DNA of 64,000 nt from a candidate division FCPU426 bacterium (lineage in GTDB: Bacteria > Oederibacteriota > PGYV01 > Palsa-1178). The notes under the pieces were generated by a model that was not told the origin of the DNA, made no database searches, and saw only the letters and a program-made list of their open reading frames with translations. The stretch lies in the NCBI GenBank assembly GCA_963840035.1, contig CAWIXE010000003.1:96001-160000 (forward strand), written 5' to 3'. This document shows positions 60,921 through 64,000 of the stretch, one piece after another. Numbering within the stretch: the stretch's first letter is position 1; the number at the start of each line of letters is the position of its first letter. The translations under genes were made by a program, and so were the position numbers.

Positions 60921-61033
60921 AGAGACAAGAGACTGGAGACTGGAGTAAAAATGAAAACTAAAGAAATAGCAGCAAAAGTAGTTGATGTTTTTTTTGCATT
61001 TATCCTTACTCCTGTCTCCAGTCTCCTGTCTGC
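60921..61033. repeat. Inverted heptamer array (GGAGACT family) overlapping a gene start
   Basis: agagaca agagact ggagact ggagtaa / ttactcc tgtctcc agtctcc tgtct. Confidence 0.88.
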
Positions 61034-62063
61034 CTTCGATTTCCTCAAATGCAGGCTCTTTACTGTGCTGCTTTTACTAATTTTACCCGGCCTCCTCACT
61101 GCCTCCGGCGGTGACGCTTTCGCGTTTTTAAAGCATGGCGCCGGCGCCAGGGCCATGGCTATGGGCGGCGCGTACGCGTCGGCATGCTCGGATTCCTCAG
61201 CGCTTTATTATAACCCGGGAGGGACGGTAAGGCTCTCAGGGCTCGAGCTCATGGCTGAAACAGAGGTCTTAAGCATGGGCCGCTCGCTTAATTATGTCGC
61301 TACTGCCGCGCCATTTACCGTATCCGGGAATATTTACGCCGTGGGTTTCGGGTGGATAAATTATTCAGCCGGCAATGACCTTGAAAAAAGGCTTACTGAC
61401 TCTCCTTTGCCTGATTCGACATTTTCCGACAATTCAAACGTATTCATATTTAACGTAGCGACAAAACTCTCCGACAGACTTTCACTTGGGGCTAATTTCA
61501 AACTATTTTACGGAAACATACTTACATACAAAGGTACCGGGGTGGGATTTGACATTGGCGGGCTGCTGGATATATGGCAGGGAGTGCGCGCGGCGGTGGC
61601 AGTATCAAACATCAGCACAAACATAACATGGAACAATTCCCCTTATTCGGAAACAGTACCGGTCGTGGCGGCAGGAGGCATTTCTTGGGAAGCTAAAAAC
61701 GCTTTTAACGCGAAGGGCTTTGACATCCTAACAGCGGCTGACCTGGTTTATAACGCTTTTTCAGGTTTCAAACTGCGGCTTGGCGCGGAATTTGAAGGCA
61801 ACGACTTTGTCAGCGCTAGGATAGGCTGGAATAACGGGGTAACAGCGGGCTTAGGGCTGAAGCTTAAGCCCTCGGAGGTGCTTTCCGTTAAGATTGATTA
61901 CACATTTATGACTGACCAGATAGAGCCGGGCGCTTTCAACCACAGGATAGGCGCCTGTGTGTCGTACGGTGTGCCGCCTGCAAGGATTGAGCATAAGGAC
62001 AAGACCCCGGAGCCGGCGGCAACAGGGTCCAAACAGACAAAGGACGACGAATATGGGTGGTAG
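60951..62063 (+). CDS. PorV/PorQ-like outer-membrane beta-barrel protein
   Basis: FLKHGAGARAMAMGGA...SALYYNPGG, GFDIG, RLGAE, IDY; amphipathic beta pattern. Confidence 0.78.
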   Translation: MKTKEIAAKVVDVFFAFILTPVSSLLSAFDFLKCRLFTVLLLLILPGLLTASGGDAFAFLKHGAGARAMAMGGAYASACSDSSALYYNPGGTVRLSGLELMAETEVLSMGRSLNYVATAAPFTVSGNIYAVGFGWINYSAGNDLEKRLTDSPLPDSTFSDNSNVFIFNVATKLSDRLSLGANFKLFYGNILTYKGTGVGFDIGGLLDIWQGVRAAVAVSNISTNITWNNSPYSETVPVVAAGGISWEAKNAFNAKGFDILTAADLVYNAFSGFKLRLGAEFEGNDFVSARIGWNNGVTAGLGLKLKPSEVLSVKIDYTFMTDQIEPGAFNHRIGACVSYGVPPARIEHKDKTPEPAATGSKQTKDDEYGW

Positions 62064-63174
62064 GAAAAAACTTCTTTTTCTGGAATATTTTCCATTCATG
62101 GGCGGAGGACAGGCGGTACTGCTTAACATCATCAGGTATTTAAAAAAAGAGTATGATGTGGAAGCCCTTATATTTAACCGCGGACTCATAGAACCGGAAC
62201 TGAAAAAAACGGGTATAAAAACGCACCATATCCAGGCGCCGGAAAAGGTCAAATACAGGTACATTGATAAATACATCCCCTTTTATAAGAAACTGACGGA
62301 TTTTCTCAAATCCGGGAAATATGACCTCGTATATTCCGGCGGAATGTTTGCCACAAAACTCGCGGCCCCGGCTTGTTTTTTTCTGAAGGTGCCGCTTATC
62401 TGGCACAAACAGCTGATAATTGAAAAAGGATATTTTTCATATAACGCCTCGCAGGCAAGGCTGTTGTCAAATTTTACATCAAAGATAATCTGCGTATCTG
62501 ACGCGTCCAGGGAATCCATGATAAAGTCCGGGGTAAATCCGAAAAAACTTGTGACAGTGCATAATGGGGTTGAAATCCATAAAGCCAAAGGCCAAAGGCT
62601 GAGGATAAGGGATAAGTATAAGGTTAAGGGTGATTTTGTATGCGGGACAGTGTGCATATTCAGGCAGAACAAAGGGCTTGAACTGCTTGTAAAAGCCGCG
62701 GGGATAATAGAAAAACAAAACAAAAAAATAAAGTTCATGCTCGTGGGCAAAGCCGATAAGGGCCAGGAAGGTTATGAAATGGAAATAAGGGAAAGCGTAA
62801 AACGAAGAGGGCTTAGGAACTTCATTTTTGCAGGATACGGAGATAAATTTGATTTCATGCCCGGGTTTGACCTGTACGTAATGTCCTCGCCCAATGAGCC
62901 ATTCGGACTGGTGACCATAGAAGCCATGTCGCTGGGAATACCGGTTGTGGGTTTTAACAAAGGCGGCACAGGGGAAATAGTGACGGATGGCAGGGACGGG
63001 CTTCTTGCCAAAGAAATCAGCGCAGAGGCGCTTGCCGGAAAGATAATGAAAGCTTATAATGATAAAAAGAAGATGAAGGCGATGGGGAAAGAGGCGATGA
63101 AGACGGTAATGTCGAAGTTTAATATAGAAAAGCAGATGTGCGAAATAAAGAGCATTATAGAAGGACAAATATAG
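62053..63174 (+). CDS. Glycosyltransferase family 4
   Basis: GGGQ, VHNGV, KG, EPFGLVTIEAMSLGIPVV. Confidence 0.92.
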   Translation: MGGRKKLLFLEYFPFMGGGQAVLLNIIRYLKKEYDVEALIFNRGLIEPELKKTGIKTHHIQAPEKVKYRYIDKYIPFYKKLTDFLKSGKYDLVYSGGMFATKLAAPACFFLKVPLIWHKQLIIEKGYFSYNASQARLLSNFTSKIICVSDASRESMIKSGVNPKKLVTVHNGVEIHKAKGQRLRIRDKYKVKGDFVCGTVCIFRQNKGLELLVKAAGIIEKQNKKIKFMLVGKADKGQEGYEMEIRESVKRRGLRNFIFAGYGDKFDFMPGFDLYVMSSPNEPFGLVTIEAMSLGIPVVGFNKGGTGEIVTDGRDGLLAKEISAEALAGKIMKAYNDKKKMKAMGKEAMKTVMSKFNIEKQMCEIKSIIEGQI

Positions 63175-63197
63175 GTTTTAGACAGAAATAGTACTTA

Positions 63198-63279
63198 CCC
63201 CTCTCCTTCTTAGGAGAGGGGCTGGGGTGAGGTGAATAAAGCGTCCCTCACCCTACCCTCTCTCCCCCGCAAGGGGGGA
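63198..63279. repeat. CCCTCTCC/GGGGTGAGG palindromic doublet
   Basis: cccctctcct-tct-taggagagggg ctggggtgagg ... ccctcaccctaccctctctccccc-gcaa-ggggg. Confidence 0.8.
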
Positions 63280-63334
63280 CTTTAAATAGCCGGGGGGATA
63301 GCGATAAAAATACGATAAAAACACAGAGGCAAAT

Positions 63335-64000
63335 ATGAAACTATCGGTTGTTATTATAACAAAGAATGAAGAGCGAATCATCTCCCGCTGCCTTGACGCT
63401 GTAAAATGGGCGGACGAGATAATCATAGCTGATTCAGGCAGCACGGATAGGACGCTTGAGATAGCAAAGCGCTTCAAAGCTAAAATTTTCAAGAAAACCT
63501 GGGCAGGATACTCAAAACAGAAGAATTTTGCCATATCAAAAGCCAAAGGCGACTGGATACTATCCCTGGACGCCGACGAGATAGTCACCCCGGAACTTAA
63601 GGATGAAATATACCGGGTGATAGCCCCGAAGACACCTTTAAATGGACAATCGACAATTGATAATCGTAAATCAGCATTAAACGGCTATTTCATCCCGCGT
63701 AAGACCTACTTTTACGGCCATCTCATGCGGTTCGGCAATACATACCCTGACAGCCAGATGAGGTTGTTTAAAAAGGGTAAGGCGAGTTTTGAGGAAACAG
63801 ACATCCATGAAAGGGCTGTTGTGGAAGGACAGGCCGGAGAGCTTAAAAATTCCATGCTGCATTATTCAAAAACAGATATAGCCTCGCATATAAGCGCGAT
63901 AAATTCATACACTGAACTTGAGGTAAAAAAGGCAATTAAGGCGGGTTACAGGCCGACAGGTTATTCAGTTTTGATAAAACCATTGCTCTATTTTATGAAG
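63335..64000 (+). CDS. Glycosyltransferase family 2 (truncated by window end; not in ORF track)
   Basis: MKLSVVIITKNEE, DSGSTDRT, QKNFA, WILSLDADE, RLFK, IHE, LHY. Confidence 0.92.
   Translation, partial: MKLSVVIITKNEERIISRCLDAVKWADEIIIADSGSTDRTLEIAKRFKAKIFKKTWAGYSKQKNFAISKAKGDWILSLDADEIVTPELKDEIYRVIAPKTPLNGQSTIDNRKSALNGYFIPRKTYFYGHLMRFGNTYPDSQMRLFKKGKASFEETDIHERAVVEGQAGELKNSMLHYSKTDIASHISAINSYTELEVKKAIKAGYRPTGYSVLIKPLLYFMK

Overview
Bacterial chromosomal window of core and cell-envelope genes, probably from an anaerobe with an outer membrane (inferred from PPi-PFK, Re-citrate synthase, split fumarase and a PorV-like barrel; I cannot establish taxonomy). It holds arsR-PDO/Trx-trxB, aroQ, an ABC-2 transporter, tRNA-Val(CAC), a PocR/GAF kinase with receiver, a class V aminotransferase with serA, purA, two GGDEF genes, a split pabBC, aconitase, a partial TCA operon, two B12-radical SAM genes around a VapBC module, pfp, three large GT-C membrane enzymes, pyrFE, ugd, yicC-remA-gmk-rpoZ-coaBC, an S8 protease with a PorV-like gene, and glycosyltransferases. 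There is no CRISPR array, transposase or phage gene. The strongest unexplained signal is non-coding. About 20 gene junctions carry arrays of 7-bp (once 9-bp) units, usually as inverted pairs, whose sequence varies between sites while the architecture is conserved; one array lies in frame inside a gene. Three further palindromic repeat families are present and nest inside one another. Also notable: a 36-aa Cys/Lys-rich ORF missed by the ORF track, a Q/P/Y-repeat plus Lys-rich tail on aconitase, a CX10CX2C radical SAM motif, two related small ORFs beside a radical SAM gene, and three frameshifts at A-runs. All product calls come from motif recognition, not database searches.
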